The notes under the pieces were generated by a model that saw only the letters and a program-made list of their open reading frames with translations, was not told where the DNA came from and did not search any database. From assembly GCF_036321535.1 (NCBI RefSeq), contig NC_087437.1, positions 82,834,001 to 82,898,000 of the forward strand: a stretch of 64,000 bases of DNA. Direction: 5' to 3'. The DNA comes from Camelus dromedarius. Taxonomy: Eukaryota. The stretch's first letter is position 1. The number at the start of each line of letters is the position of its first letter. The translations under genes were made by a program, and so were the position numbers. Shown here piece by piece: positions 36,107 to 49,285 of the stretch.

Positions 36107-39100
36107 AGGTGATGCTGCTTTTCACAAAGCATCATTTTAAAGCACATGGCCTTTTTTAAAATTGTATTCGTGGTAGTGCTATATAGAATGTATTACATGT
36201 CTGTCACGGATGTGGTTGGGGGATGTGGTGACCGAGGTACAGGAACTACGAATCTTGCCGTTTCGCTTTGGAAGTGTTACTGTGGCACAGTTAACTGCTT
36301 GCCTATTAAACTTCAAGGATCTTGTTTGTTACTACTGTAAAACACTATTTTAATACAGAAAAAGCTCCCTACTATGCACTTCAAAGAAATTAAAAATCAC
36401 TGAGAGTATTTATTACCAATGCTGCAGGTACATTGATGAACTCGAGAGATGGCTCTGTAAGCCTGACTGGCAATAACGCATGGTACTGTTCTTAAAATGT
36501 CTAATGGCTTGAAATTCTGCTCTCTTTGTGAAAGGTGGGTATTGTCATGATCTCCTCCTCTCCCATTATTGCTTTCTGGATTTCTTTGTAATAATCAGTG
36601 ATTATAATCACGGTTTCCATTGCAATCGTATACACTTACCCATCTTTCCTGAGGAAGATCTGTAGCTGGGACACTGACCTGTAATGCGCAGTGTGACTGA
36701 TCTTTCACTTTTTGACACTCGTAAGAGCTTTAACACTTCATGGTACGTGACCTGGTCTTACCCTACTTCTTCCACCAGGGCCCTCAGTAGCCAGCCCCAT
36801 TCTTATGTTTCTAGATGCTTGAGTATTTTCAGTGGTTGAAGCTTGCTTATTAGCCTCCTCAATTCAGATCCTCTAATGTCGCCACGTGGAAACAGGAACA
36901 ACTTCACAATTTTAAAAAAGCTATGAAGGAGATTCTCTGGCCGCCGAATTTTTTTGCAATGGAATTTTTCTCAGAGTTGTGAAAAGTTGAGGCTTCTAAG
37001 TCAATACTAAACAAGACCCACTTATATTTTATCACGTGAAAGGCAAAATCATTCCTCAGAAGTCATATAAACTACCTTCCAAAAAAAGTAAGTAACCTGA
37101 ATTTACCTTCTTTGTTTTTATATATGCAGAGTTTTCTTTGAATCTCAAGGTATTTTTAGTCAAATAAAGAAATATTTGTTTTCCACAGTAAATGATTATA
37201 GATCCAACATAATACAAATCATCATGTATTCTTCAGCGTGGCGTGATTCTGCCATCTGTGTGGGAAAGGTGTGAGTGGTCCTTCATATCACACCTAGGGA
37301 ACAGATGTTACAGCATCCTAGCAAGGGATAATTCCTTCTTGTTTTTGATGCCTCTGGACAACTTCTTTGTCAGTACTTTCCCAGAACTAGTTTTAGATGG
37401 CTGAAATAGAAACTGCCTGCAATTTATTAGCCTGTAGTGTAAAAATCATCTTTAAAAGTCTTTAGACTGGCAAGATGATATGAGAAGCTGACCGTATGAT
37501 TAAAATATATAAGTTTGATATCTCCTCATCTGTAAACCTTAGTTTGTAGACTTAACATTCCCCATCAGGTTCTAGTCATTGTCTCAGCCTGTGCCACGAG
37601 ATGATGCTGCCAGAATTTGCTAAATTTGACTAAAGATGAACAGTGTTTGTTGTGCTTGTTTCCATGAATGTATGTATCAGTATCGTATGTAAATCATTGC
37701 TTCAAACCAGAACTGTTGATTTCCTTGCCTTTTTGTTGTATGATTATGTTATTTTCATTTGCTCTTCTTCTTCCAGCAAACTTTGAGGCATAATTTTTGT
37801 TCACTGAAAGACCAATATACATTTTTGTTTCAAAATATTTGAAACAAAAGGCACAGATGTTGAATTTTTATTAGAACAGATATGAATGTGTAAAGCACAT
37901 GTATTAATGCAATCATCCCCTTTCAGGTGGGAAGAGAGTAAACCAATTGTTTTATTTTTTAATTCATCCTTAGCACACAGAAAATACACTTTTTCACAAA
38001 TCATATGCCTGTTTGAAGCTTTAAGAGAAGTAATTTCAGTAACTATTTCATTTTTTCCAAAGATGCTATTTTGTGTAATTGTGTGCACCTGGTTGTTTTC
38101 CCATGGAACTTTTTTTGAAAAGCAAATGTTTTCTCAAATAATGCATGTTTTAAGACTTGATTCATATATTGCCACTGGGCTGTCCTTGAACTTACCAATG
38201 ATTTTTTATAAAATACCTAGTTTTTACTATTACTACATATTTTACTTTCTAAATGAAGAGCTGAGCCTGATACAAAGGGTTGTTGAGGTTTTGTACTTTT
38301 TCTTTTCGTTCATTTGTTTTCATATTGGACTTTTGGGCTTTTTTCTTTTAAGGTTAATACGTCTGATATATATATACAGTTTTGGAGACAATCAAGTAAC
38401 AACTGAAAATGTGAAAATCTTTTTTTTTTTTTTTTTTTTACAAAATTCCCTTGAATTTTTATTGAAACATATAAAAGACAAGTCACTGTGGCTTATTGGA
38501 TTAAATTTTTTTTTTCCTGTTAATGCAAATTTTAAGACAGTGGTGCAGCAGATGTGCCCTTTCATAAACTCACAACTTCGCTGTTACTTGATCTTAGGAA
38601 CCAGCACAGTTAAAGATATAGTGAATGCTGATTTATATTTTATTAAAAGCTGTAAATCTAAATAGATCCTATTGTGTGTGCAGAGTCTAGTCCAGTTATT
38701 TAATTTCATGTTTCACTGTTTGCACTTTGCATTGAACAATGGGTTTATTTGCTGATGAAATGGTTCAAGTAGAGGATTTATACAGTAATTGAAATTACGA
38801 TGTTCCATATACTCTTGCCCCTCTCCCCCACCACCCACAGGAGGGAGCAGAAAATGAGCTCGTTTAAATATGAATGTGGCCATAATTCTATGGAATGTGA
38901 TAAAGCTTGAACTTCTTTCCCTCAGCTCCACATTGTCACCTGGAGAGCAAGAGGGTTACAGAGACACCATGTCAGATGGTATGAATAGATGAGGTGGGAC
39001 AGTAAAAGCTTTTCAACCCCCTCATAAGAGAAATCAGTGAAGCTCTGCTTTAAAAAATTACCTGTTAGCTCTGCCTTTCAGTTCTGAACTTGAAGTCCCT

Positions 39101-39420
39101 ACACTGCAAAATCTAAGAGTTGGATGATTATTAAAATATTTTTTAGGTCAGTTTGGCACCTATCCTCATTTAATCCAACTTGTGACTAGTTTCTTCTCAT
39201 CTCCTCCTGTTTGTTTTTTTTGGCACTGGGAAAGGTAGAAAAACATATTAGAAATTAAAACGGCTTGCGTGTCAGTGGTGTCTCCCAGAATGTACTTTTC
39301 TTACCTCGGCGTGTACTGTAGTCACCCAGTATTTGTATATGTTGCTAGAATTTAGATGGTATAAATAGTGAGACTCTAATGTGTTCAAGTGTTTTTAATA
39401 AATTGTATATATGTGTCTTG
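36107..39420 (+). other. DCBLD2: DCBLD2 3'UTR (approximate extent)
   Basis: AU-rich, free of recognisable transposons, from the stop codon to AATAAA at 39397; end inferred from signal position. Confidence 0.7.
39397..39402 (+). terminator. Polyadenylation signal of DCBLD2
   Basis: AATAAA followed by GT/T-rich downstream element (gtgtcttgctcaggtgggttttttttttgcttt) with upstream TGTA elements. Confidence 0.75.
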
Positions 39421-40339
39421 CTCAGGTGGGTTTTTTTTTTGCTTTGATAAAACTACCTTGAGGTCTAGCCTTTACTCATAGTGTACAAAATGCTCAATTT
39501 TAACACCAATATTATAATACTTACAGTAACATTTGAAAATGCCACCATTGGTTTTTGACTTGGACTCTTTCTGTAGCCAGCACCATCCTTTTTGAAGCCC
39601 GAATTACTTTACATCAGACTCAACTTCAGCAGCCAAGCTGCGGCCTACGGCTGTGCGGCATGATGGGGAGATGACTGAACACCTGTGCCTTTTCCACCTC
39701 AAAGTTACCAGAAGAAGCAAGTGAGACTGGTACTGTGCAAACAGATGCTGGTATTAACAGAGTTCATATTTAATGTCTGGGTTAAATCAACTGCCAGTTT
39801 TCTCCCCCTTACACAACTTTCAAGTATGTCACTTATTCCTGTTTCTGATGACCTAAAATTTCACCCTTTATACACTCTTTAGAAAGGCATGTTCGTTGCT
39901 ACCAATTCATTGTTTCCACTCATTCCTCTTCGAACAGCTCTTGATTCTGTCCTTCTTATAACTTTTGTTCTCCTCACCCCCACCTCCCACCCCATACAGC
40001 CTTTGGTTATATTCATTAAAATGAAGAGAGACCAGCTCACCACTTTTGTCAGAAGGCCCGTTTGCATCCCCCAAGAGTCTTCTCTGGTGCACTCTAGGTA
40101 AGCTTTCCCTTTGAAGTTGCAATTTAATCATGGGGATAATCGATTTTTCATGAACGTACCATTTGAATCCAGAAGCACCTTGACTCTTCTTAAAGGTTTA
40201 CTCATTCATGTCTTCTTTGTCTTCCCTAATATATTTCAAATAGTAACTTTCAAAATGTAATGAATAAATTAAGCCAGGCAAAAAAAGGTAAGAATTTTCT
40301 CCTTGAGCTTATTACCAAGCTCAGCGTCTTTGTATAAAC

Positions 40340-40345
40340 TTTATT
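40340..40345 (-). terminator. Candidate ST3GAL6 polyadenylation signal
   Basis: tttatt on + = AATAAA on -, ~700 nt past the ST3GAL6 stop; a more proximal ATTAAA lies at 40939-40944. Confidence 0.4.
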
Positions 40346-41048
40346 TTTCTAAAATAATGCAGTCACCAAACTTTTAAGTAATTGCATTCTTTGGTTACTT
40401 ACTTATCCAGTTTCTTTTGACTTAAAAACAAAAGGCATCTTCATTCTACTAAAGAACTCCTCATAATCATAGTTTACCTTAATTGTAGGGAAAAAATGCT
40501 TAATTAAGCCAGTATGATCTTAGATTTCCCAAACCATCCCTGCTCCAAGTCTGGTTTAGAATTCCTCAGGTAGAACAAAAAGAAACTAAATCATCCAGGT
40601 AAAGGCCTGAAGTGGTTCCAATCAAGAACTGCCACCGGCCAGTTCCCCACTAATTTATAGGAACCAGATGTACCTCTCAAATGTCATGTTCTATTCAAAA
40701 TTTGTTTGTGGTAAACTAAATCCCCTACTTGTTAGGGAGTCACATCCCTTCAAAAGTCTAAGATGAAGTAACTATGGAAAAAAAGATGTTTAAAAACACC
40801 TCAGAAAACTAGCTTATTTTTAAAACACACTGCAATGAACACTTAATTCCCTGATAACTAAACATGTTTTGGTTTTCATAAATTAAATATATTCACAGAA
40901 ATTAAGCCGGTGGTTATGAATCACCAGGCAGCAACAGATTTAATATACATAATTTCTTGACAAGTACATCCAACATATTTAAAAATAAACTAAAAATTGC
41001 AGTAGAAAAATAAAACTAATACTGTTAGCATCATCTGAGTCTGTAGGG

Positions 41049-41135
41049 TCAATCTTGAGTCAGGTTGATTACAAAGTTCTTTTCTGTAATGTCCTTCAAG
41101 AAGAGCTGCTCTGCAGTCAGGTTGTGATACGCATT
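41049..41135 (-). CDS. ST3GAL6: ST3GAL6 last coding exon (sialylmotif VS)
   Basis: minus strand ctttag|AAT...GAT TGA; NAYHNLTAEQLFLKDITEKNFVINLTQD*. Confidence 0.96.
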   Translation of the reverse strand, partial: NAYHNLTAEQLFLKDITEKNFVINLTQD

Positions 41136-42098
41136 CTAAAGGGGAAAAATACAGTCAAATCGCCATCCAGCCCCATCTCAGGGTACTACAGCAGTAGCAA
41201 TGGAATATGCGGCCTCTAAAAAGCTGAATGAAGAACTCAAGTGGCATGGACTTGTAACTTCCTGTTGCCTTTCTGATTTTTAACTTGCTCATTCTTGTGC
41301 CAGTGGGCTTTTCCCTAAAGCCCACTCTTTCCACTTAAACAACATTAAGAGGCTCCCTCACATATCTTCTGGTCTACTGATTTATAGTATAACTCTAGAA
41401 ACCAGAATTGACAGTGTTAAGCTCTAAACCTAATACCACTTATTCATCTTATATAGTATTTGGAGATGATGATTTAAGGGGACTGGTTTTGTTTCATAAG
41501 TACATTCATAGTTCATAGTTCAATATTAAAAATGTACAGATGACATTTTAATCCTGTTGCTTGTGATGCGCCACCAATCTCAGTTATAAATAGGAAATCC
41601 CTTCCCATTTAGTCAATTAAAATGAGTCTTACGGATCAACTCTACCACCATTAATCCCTATTCAAGAGAAGAATGATATAGTGTAAACGTTCACAACTTT
41701 TCTGACCATGAAGATTCTTTCATGGGGTTAAAATGTTATAGACCTTCTCATTTACTTAACTGAAAAACTACATGATTTTAAGTGAATATGTCTTACCTCA
41801 AACAGCAGGTTTCTATATATTCAAATAGTGCAAATATGGTAGCATATATAAGATAAAGCGCGGCCCCTGTATAGGTTTGATGAGATTCTCCCAAGCAACT
41901 GAGGCCAGCAGACTGGGAGCTACTGCTGTAGTAGAAAGAATTTTGGACTTGAGTCCAGATTTCAGCACTTGATAGCTCTGTACACCCCCTACCAAGCCAT
42001 CAACCTCTCAACCTGCTCCCTCAGTAAAATGACACGGTGAGGCAGGAGAATGTAAGTTTCCCAACTCCAAAGATTATACCAAAGTGTATATATATTAC

Positions 42099-42251
42099 CT
42101 TATTCATCAAAGACATGGTGGCATTCCCATAGTAGTGCAGAGGACTGTTGAGGTCAGAAAAGTTGTACTTGAAACCAGCAAGGTGAACTTCATGACATAT
42201 GTGAAATGCCAACGTGATGGCAATAATGCCTGTCGTTGGGTGTTTGGGTCT
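42099..42251 (-). CDS. ST3GAL6: ST3GAL6 exon (sialylmotifs S and III)
   Basis: ccccag|AGA...AAG|gtaata, 153 nt; [51 protein letters not shown]. Confidence 0.97.
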
Positions 42252-45200
42252 CTGGGGAGGAAATGAAAATTAAATTCAAACAAGGTACTTGTTTTCAAAG
42301 CATATTTGGGTGCCCTCATCCCAAAAAACAAGGACTTCTGAACATTAAATCAGAACAGAAATACTTAAACCCACATCATGCCCTAAGGCTTAAACCCCAA
42401 CTCTGAATATAAAATTGTGGGTTGAAACCTTAGGAAGTCTTTCAAGTAAAACTTAACTGCAGTGTTAGCGGAGGAGACAACTATTGAATGAAGGTATACG
42501 GTGAGGCTGAAAGAACAGGCTGCTGCTGCCTTGGTTTTAAAAAATATACCGAGTCAAGGCTCTTTGTGGAAAAAGCAAAGTCTGAGAATGCTGAATCCAC
42601 GTATGAAGCGTAAAGACAATGTAATTCGCTAATGGATAGACTCAAGGTAAAAGGCTTCATGTATATTAGCCTTAAAATAGTTCTCGTCTATAATGCTGAT
42701 AATCAGCTCCAGGGAAGGACTGCTTTAATCAAGCAACTACAATGACAAATTGTCATGTTACATATCTGACTAGAAAATAAAGATTCCAGGTGTATATACA
42801 TAGTAAAGTCACAATCTCGATTTTTAAATGAAAAAAAAAAAACTAAAAAGGAAGAAACCAGGCATGCCCTTCACATGGACACATATCCTGAAAAATACTA
42901 CAATAGAGGTCTGACAGAAGGGTATTAGCATTCCAAGTTTTTAAAGGCCAAACCAAAATAGATCTTAAACGTGTTAACACAAAAATTCAAGATTTTCTTT
43001 GGATTAAATATTTCTTACAGATCCAATGGAAATTACATATGATTAATTATGACTGTGAGGAAGAGGAAAAAAAAAATCAAAGAAACACAAAATCAAGTAA
43101 GCTCCAGGAAGGAAGCAGGCGTGTTTGAAAGCCTCAGCCTTCGGCATAAGCTTTTTACAACCCCACACAATGCTGTGACTCCACCACACCCTTCGCCCGC
43201 CAGAAAAGAAGTTAACGGTTGGGTTCAAACCCTAGGAGCCGTGCAACCTCAGTGGCCCCATCACGTTTTCTCTCTCCCGTCCCTGTTCAAGTCCTCTCCT
43301 TCCTTTCTTCACACCTTAGAGTACTTCATCCATCATCATAATCATTCCCTTATGTAGATCTGCAGTTTCCTTCAGTCCCCATCAGCCACAGAACCTGCCT
43401 TATCACCTGACAGAATCTTACAGCTGGTTAGACCCACACCCAAGCAGTAGCAAGAGAAAACAACATACTTGCCCGGTCACATGTTACATTTGTGACGAAA
43501 GCCTCCAGTGGGCATTCAGGATGTCCAGCAACCCAGTTACACTCCCTTAGTTAACCTCCATTCCTACTCTCCAAGATGAGTTTCCTCCCATTCTATCCAA
43601 CAGCCCTAGCCGTCCGCCTACTTTAAACTGATGGTTTAACCTTGATTTTTCTAGGAAAACAGAAGCAATCAGACAAGAGCTACATCATCTTCCCAATTCC
43701 ACATCTACCCTCATCTTTACCCATATTTTCAGTGCTCACTTGTATGAGGATGAGATGCCCCCGTCCCACCGACGGCCAGCCTCTCCACTAGTGCACTCTA
43801 TTTGAGTCCATCTCTTTTCTGAACAACTTTGCTTCTACAGTGATCCCCTTTCTCCCCTCATCAGCATTTCCCTTTATTGAATCATTCCCTTCAGCACATA
43901 AACATATCTATCTTTAGAAAAACAACCAAAAACAACCTTCCTGGAGCCTATGTCTTCCAACCGTTTCTCTGCTTCCTTTTCTACCAAAACCCCATTAAAG
44001 ATTTACTGCTACTTGCTCATGTCTCATGTTCTCTTTAACCCAATTCAAGAAGGCTTTCTTGCTCTTAACCTTGTCCATGTCAATATGACCTCCAAGCTTC
44101 TAGGACAGCATCTGACATACCTGACCTCTCTGAAATACAGCTGTGTTCTCACTTGGCTTCTGAGACACCGTCTCCTACTAGAACTTCCATCTAGTTACAA
44201 CTAGTCCTAGCATCACCTCCAAGTACGATCAGGGTCTTCCTGTGCTTTGTTGTTAAAGACACTACCTAAAACAAAAAGCAAGGAATAAATCTGATCTTAC
44301 TTCACTGAGAGCTGAGAAATCACAGACCTGTCATTTCTCCTCAGTAAAAAATGACCGAGGAGCTCTCCTTTCCCTTCAGAGTTGCTAAGAAATGGGGTTT
44401 AAATTTGAAATATTTATGCTTTTTGATTTGGGAATTCCACCTCCAGGCGTCTTTCCCACAGAAATCACAGAAGTGTGCTGGAAATCCCTATAAGCATGTG
44501 CATTTCTACATTAGTTACAGAGGAAAATAGCCAGATAGCAGATGAGAGGTCTATAAACATAAATAGGGGAATCGTTAAATAAATGGAGGGGGGAACTAGC
44601 AGAACAGTATTATGGTATAGTCACAATTATACTGAACAAACAAAAATACCTGTTTGTGAGTGTGCAGAAAGTAGTCTAGAAGGATATAGAAGGGAACACG
44701 GCTTGGGAAATAGTGTGAGTTGTAGAGGGAGAGAAAAGGATGATTTCCTTTTTTTAATGTTTTAATTTGATTTTAAGCACATAATGTTTTAGAATTTTTT
44801 ATCATGCTAAATAAAAGACACAAAAAGTGTGTTTATTTCTTTAGATTCTCCCTGATTATAAAAGGGGAGAAACTTCCCTGCAGCCTAGATATCATGTTAC
44901 ATAGTTACTCAAGTGTCAAATGAAAAAACATAGCCTGCAACTGTGTGAGTCTATTTTCCTAGGGAATTTAGACAAACAGGGCTGCAAGGGTCAGAGTCAT
45001 TGAGACTGCTTTTAATTAAGGAATTAAAGAAGCCGGTCCTCCCTCTCTGCCCCCAGCCTGCCGATCAGCTGCCCAGTCAAGACTCTCCTCTCTACAGAGC
45101 ACTGAGGCGGCCATGAGAGGTGAGCCATTTGGACCTGCAGGAGGAGACCCCAGAAGGGCCCGGGAAAGGCAGGAAAACCCCCCTCAAGGTGCTTTTCCTT

Positions 45201-45372
45201 GCAACGTGAAAAACAAAGATAAAATCCACAGATAATCTAATTTCATTAACTCGGACATGGCCCTCAGAAGCCATCTCATGAGTCGTGGTTCTCATAGTGT
45301 CTGAGAGCCCAGGGACCCTCTCTACCACCCCAGCCAGATCTTTAGTTTGAAACTGCAAAGGAAAATACATAC

Positions 45373-45510
45373 CTGATCTTTGGGAAACACTTTCGGGAAA
45401 TGAAGCCATTCATAAGCTGCTGTTCTGATAATGAAAGGATCTAATACTCTGATTTGATAAGGTTTATAGATCAGGTTTAAGGCTGGTTTCTTCCAAAAAC
45501 CATTAGTGTT
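45373..45510 (-). CDS. ST3GAL6: ST3GAL6 exon
   Basis: tttcag|AAC...CAG|gtatgt, 138 nt; [46 protein letters not shown]. Confidence 0.96.
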
Positions 45511-45613
45511 CTGAAATAAAGAATAAAGAAAATAGAACTTGGGGTTGTCTTCTTTTAATGGGGGAAAAAAAACCTGAAGGTAACTGGAAGGCAGATCAAT
45601 TTTGCCAACTTAC

Positions 45614-45800
45614 TATTGTGCCACCTGTCAGCAGTTCCCACAGCCACTTTAAATCAAGCGGCTTGAAAGCAGTGAGAATCGCCGTAGTATTAGGATCATT
45701 GTGACTGGGATCTGAAAAAACAGATTCTGGATAAAAAAGTCGGAAGGTAGTCCGTCTCCCAACTTCCTCTTCATGTCCTAAAACAGGACCATTATTCATT
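45614..45800 (-). CDS. ST3GAL6: ST3GAL6 exon (second half of sialylmotif L)
   Basis: ccacag|A ATG...ATA|gtaagt, 187 nt; [62 protein letters not shown]. Confidence 0.97.
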
Positions 45801-46799
45801 CTGTGGGTAGTAAAACACAAGATATGTAGACCCAGTGCAGTACGGGCATTTCCATCACAGTTCTCAGAGCTTTCAGAGTTGGACAAACATCGTCAGCTGT
45901 GTATCCAATGCTCTAAAGCCACAAGGCAATCGATCAATCTTCCACACGTAACAGCCAAGGAAATAACCCCCTTTCATGAAACAGCTGCTTGATCAACGGC
46001 AGACATACTTATTTGTGTTTGAAAATTTACTATGCGGCCACTGATAAATGTCTTAACTCCAGAAAAACTGAGGTCTAAATCAAACAAATGGGAACATAAA
46101 GCCACAGAATACTAAAGTTAAAAGAGAGCTTGGAGGACATCGAGAGAAAACCCCTTGGGTTTGAAGATAAGGGCCTCCCTCGTCCAGGGAGTAAAGCTGC
46201 TTGCCCAAGTTTACACGGGCATGTAGCTCGTCGTGGATGTGTCTAAGTGACCAACAGGCAAGAGTCACATTTAAGGTGATTTGAAGACCCATCAAAATTG
46301 TTGTGCTCTGAAATAAAGTATTATAAAATTGCTATATTTTATACCCAAGCACAACCAAATGAATGACAACTGCTGAGTAAACCAAAGAACCACAAAGGAT
46401 CCACTGTTAGGTGGTGTATGCTGAAAGCCAGGGTTAGACACGCCCTATTTAAGCACACACTAGGAAGGCACGCTATGGAAAGGAATGCTTTGTTTCCAAA
46501 ACAGTGCCCCCTAAGAGATACTCTTTTAACCCTCTGCCACTAACTCTATGTAATACAAGGCGGTCTTAATAACATTCGAAATGACTTCCATAATGTCATG
46601 CCTGTGGCATTTTCCCATGAGGGCTTGCTGTGGTCCTAGGTGATCAGATTTCAGACAATTAGAAATTAATGAGTGCATCGACACTGTCTTGCAGGTAAAT
46701 TTTCACAGCTTCCTCAAAATGGGTAATAAAGTGAAACCTTATTCAACAGAAAATAAAATGAAACCCTCGGTAGCTCGTAACCCAGCAAAACCGCCAAGT

Positions 46800-48550
46800 A
46801 CTGCCAGGGCATCCTCCTGCACTGCCCCCGGAATCTTCCCCACTCTTCAGAAGCCTATTCACAGCACGCAAACACCCTGCATCATGACCTTACTTCAGCG
46901 TCTCAATGAGAAGACAGAAATGTCCTCATTTTCCCACCACTGTGTCTATGGGACTCCTGGGAGTTATAACCACAATCCCAGTTCTCCTTCCACTGCAGAG
47001 CTTCAACCACACCTGTGCTCTGGACCCTTCCCCTCACCGCCTCTCAGTACCACATCAAACTCTTCATCCATTTTCATCAGTTTACTAATATGCTCTAGAA
47101 TCTTCCATCTGTATACAAGGAAACAAAACAAAATATTCCTGCATCCATGGTTATCTCCAGCTACCATCTGGTTTCTCCACTTTCCCACCTGTCACGCTCT
47201 CCTCAAGCCACTCCAGTTGAGCTCCCCCACATCGTGCCTCCAGGTCTTCTTTCGTCAAGAGTCTCAGTGAGCTTCAGGTTGCCAATGCAAAGGTGAACCC
47301 TCGGTCCTTGCCTCGCATGACCCCTTCTCTCGCCAGCATGTGTCATGGCTGAAACCTCCCTCTGTCTTAATTAAAACGCTGTGCTGTCTTGTCTTTTGTG
47401 ATCACCTTCTCCTGTCTTTCTTCCTGCCTCACTGGTAAATCCCCTCCAACTCTTTTACTCTTTTTTCTTTGCTCAACCTTCTAAGTTTTGAGTACTCCCA
47501 AGCTCGGTCCTGGGCCCTTTTCTCTGCCTCTCCCTGGGAAAGCTCACCCAGTTCACGGTTTAAATACAACCTATTAGCTGTTCACTGTGAAGATTTTAAC
47601 CAGTTTATCTAACTGCCTACTTGACTTATTCACTGCAACTCTAATAAGCATATCAAACCTGGCATGTTCATCCAGAAATCCTGATTCTCCTCTCAACCTG
47701 TCCTACCCTCGTCTTCCTCAACTCAATGAATGGTACCACGACCCAGTCAATGTCTTAAGCAGAAAACCTAGGAGGAGGTATCCTTGATTCCTTTATTCCC
47801 ATCTCTGCTCACGTCTAATACATCAACAAATCCTGGTGACTCCACCTCTGAAACATGCCTCCATCCAGCCACTTACCTCCTCTGCCATGACAATCCTGTG
47901 CCAAGCCACCATCACTGGCCCAAATGCAGCAACCTAACTGGCTTCTTCATTTCTACCCTTGTCCTTCATATTTCACTGTCCATGACACAGCCAGAATATG
48001 TTAAAGACATAACCAGATAGATGCTCTCTTGCTGAAAAATCTTCAAGTTTTCTGTTATACTTAAAATCCAAGCTCTAATTCTGGTTTACAAAGTCCTGCA
48101 CAGCCCGCTCCTTCCCTACGTCTTCAGCTCTGAGTACACCACTCTCCCCCTGCCTGCTGCCCTCCTACCTCACTGCTGCTCTCAAACCCAGGATCATACC
48201 CTCCTGAGGACCTGCAGTGCACATCCTCCTGCCTGAGCTGCTCTTCCCTGGCCTCCATATGGCTGTACTGTGCGCTCACTCGGGTCTAGCTCAGCTGTCT
48301 CCTCCTCAGCATGGCCATCCTTTCTAAAGTAGCCACTGGATCATTCTCTATCCTTCATGTTTTAATTGTTCGTATGGCATCTGGGATTATATTCCCTTAT
48401 TTAACTACCGCTTTTTTCCCCTCATTAGAATGAAGCCCCACAGGGCACAGGAATGTTGTCCTTATTCACTGCTGTATCCCCCCCCCCCCTTGGCTAGAAC
48501 TGTACCTGCAATACCAAGGCGACTTCATAAATATTTGCTAAATGAATGAC
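46800..48550 (+). mobile_element. L2 LINE fragments
   Basis: Long pyrimidine-rich L2-like tract ending attagaatgaagcccca...ttcactgctgtatcc...ataaatatttgctaaatgaatga. Confidence 0.7.
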
Positions 48551-48703
48551 CTGAACCCTACTCCAGGCAACAGCTTGAGTACCTTGAGATGTACTCACAT
48601 GTAGTAAGGCAACACCTCTTCCTTTTAAAACACAGCTGTACTGAAGTAGGAAGCCATATTCTTTTCAAACAATTCCAGCTTAGCAAACAGAAAATATATT
48701 TAC

Positions 48704-48799
48704 CTTATTATTACATCATAGGAGTCAATTTTTTCTCCTAATGTCTTATTCTTCAAAACTCCTCCATTACCAACCACCACGCACTTTTTACACGGCACA
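48704..48799 (-). CDS. ST3GAL6: ST3GAL6 exon (first half of sialylmotif L)
   Basis: ccacag|T...AG|gtaaat, 96 nt; [31 protein letters not shown](R). Confidence 0.97.
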
Positions 48800-48928
48800 C
48801 TGTGGGCAAATAGGTGAGAGACTGAGCCATCTTTTACAAAACTGGGTGAGTCCAAGAACCCATTCATACTTTCAGGAACCCAATACCAAATTTCACTTGG
48901 TGCACAAATAGTAAAAGAACCAGCTGTG

Positions 48929-49020
48929 GGGGTGGATATAGCTCAGTGGGAGAGTGCATGCCTAGCATGCACGAGGTCCTGGGTTCAATCCCTAGTACCT
49001 CCGTTAAAAAGAATAAGTCA
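48929..49020 (+). mobile_element. tRNA-derived SINE head (camelid Vic-1 type)
   Basis: gggggtggatatagctcagtgggagagtgcatgcctagcatgcacgaggtcctgggttcaatccctagtacctcc; A box tagctcagtgg, B box ggttcaatccc. Confidence 0.88.
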
Positions 49021-49285
49021 CGGACATAGAAAACAAACTATGATTACCAAAGGTGGGCGAGAGGGATAAATTAGGAGTTTGGGATTAATAGATATACATT
49101 ACTATATATAAAACAGATAAAACAAGGACCGACTATAGCACAGGGAACTATATTCAATTTCTTGTAATAACATAATGGAAAAGAATCTGAAAAAAATATA
49201 TATGTATGTATAACTGAATTGCTTTACTGTACACCTAAAACTAACATTGTAAATCAACTACACTTCAACAAAAAATAAAGAAAAT
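49021..49285 (+). mobile_element. L1 3'UTR end fused to the SINE head
   Basis: cacggacatagaaaacaaactatgattacc...actatagcacagggaactatattcaa...gtaaatcaactacacttcaa plus A-rich tail. Confidence 0.88.

Noticed and set aside
35591..36147. Overlapping alternative-frame and antisense ORFs in DCBLD2 exon 16
   Set aside because: Expected shadows of a GC-rich coding exon with few stop codons.
45511..45613. 103-nt ST3GAL6 intron as a retained coding segment
   Set aside because: Has normal GTAAGT and AG ends, is not a multiple of three, and read-through stops after five codons.
46689..47270. 193-aa ORF
   Set aside because: Overlaps pyrimidine-rich L2-like sequence antisense within an ST3GAL6 intron; S/P/L-biased with no recognisable domain.
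48929..49003. tRNA gene (A and B boxes, cloverleaf-like)
   Set aside because: Followed by an A-rich linker and retroposon tail, flanked by a TSD, and homologous to the SINE at 60345-60512.
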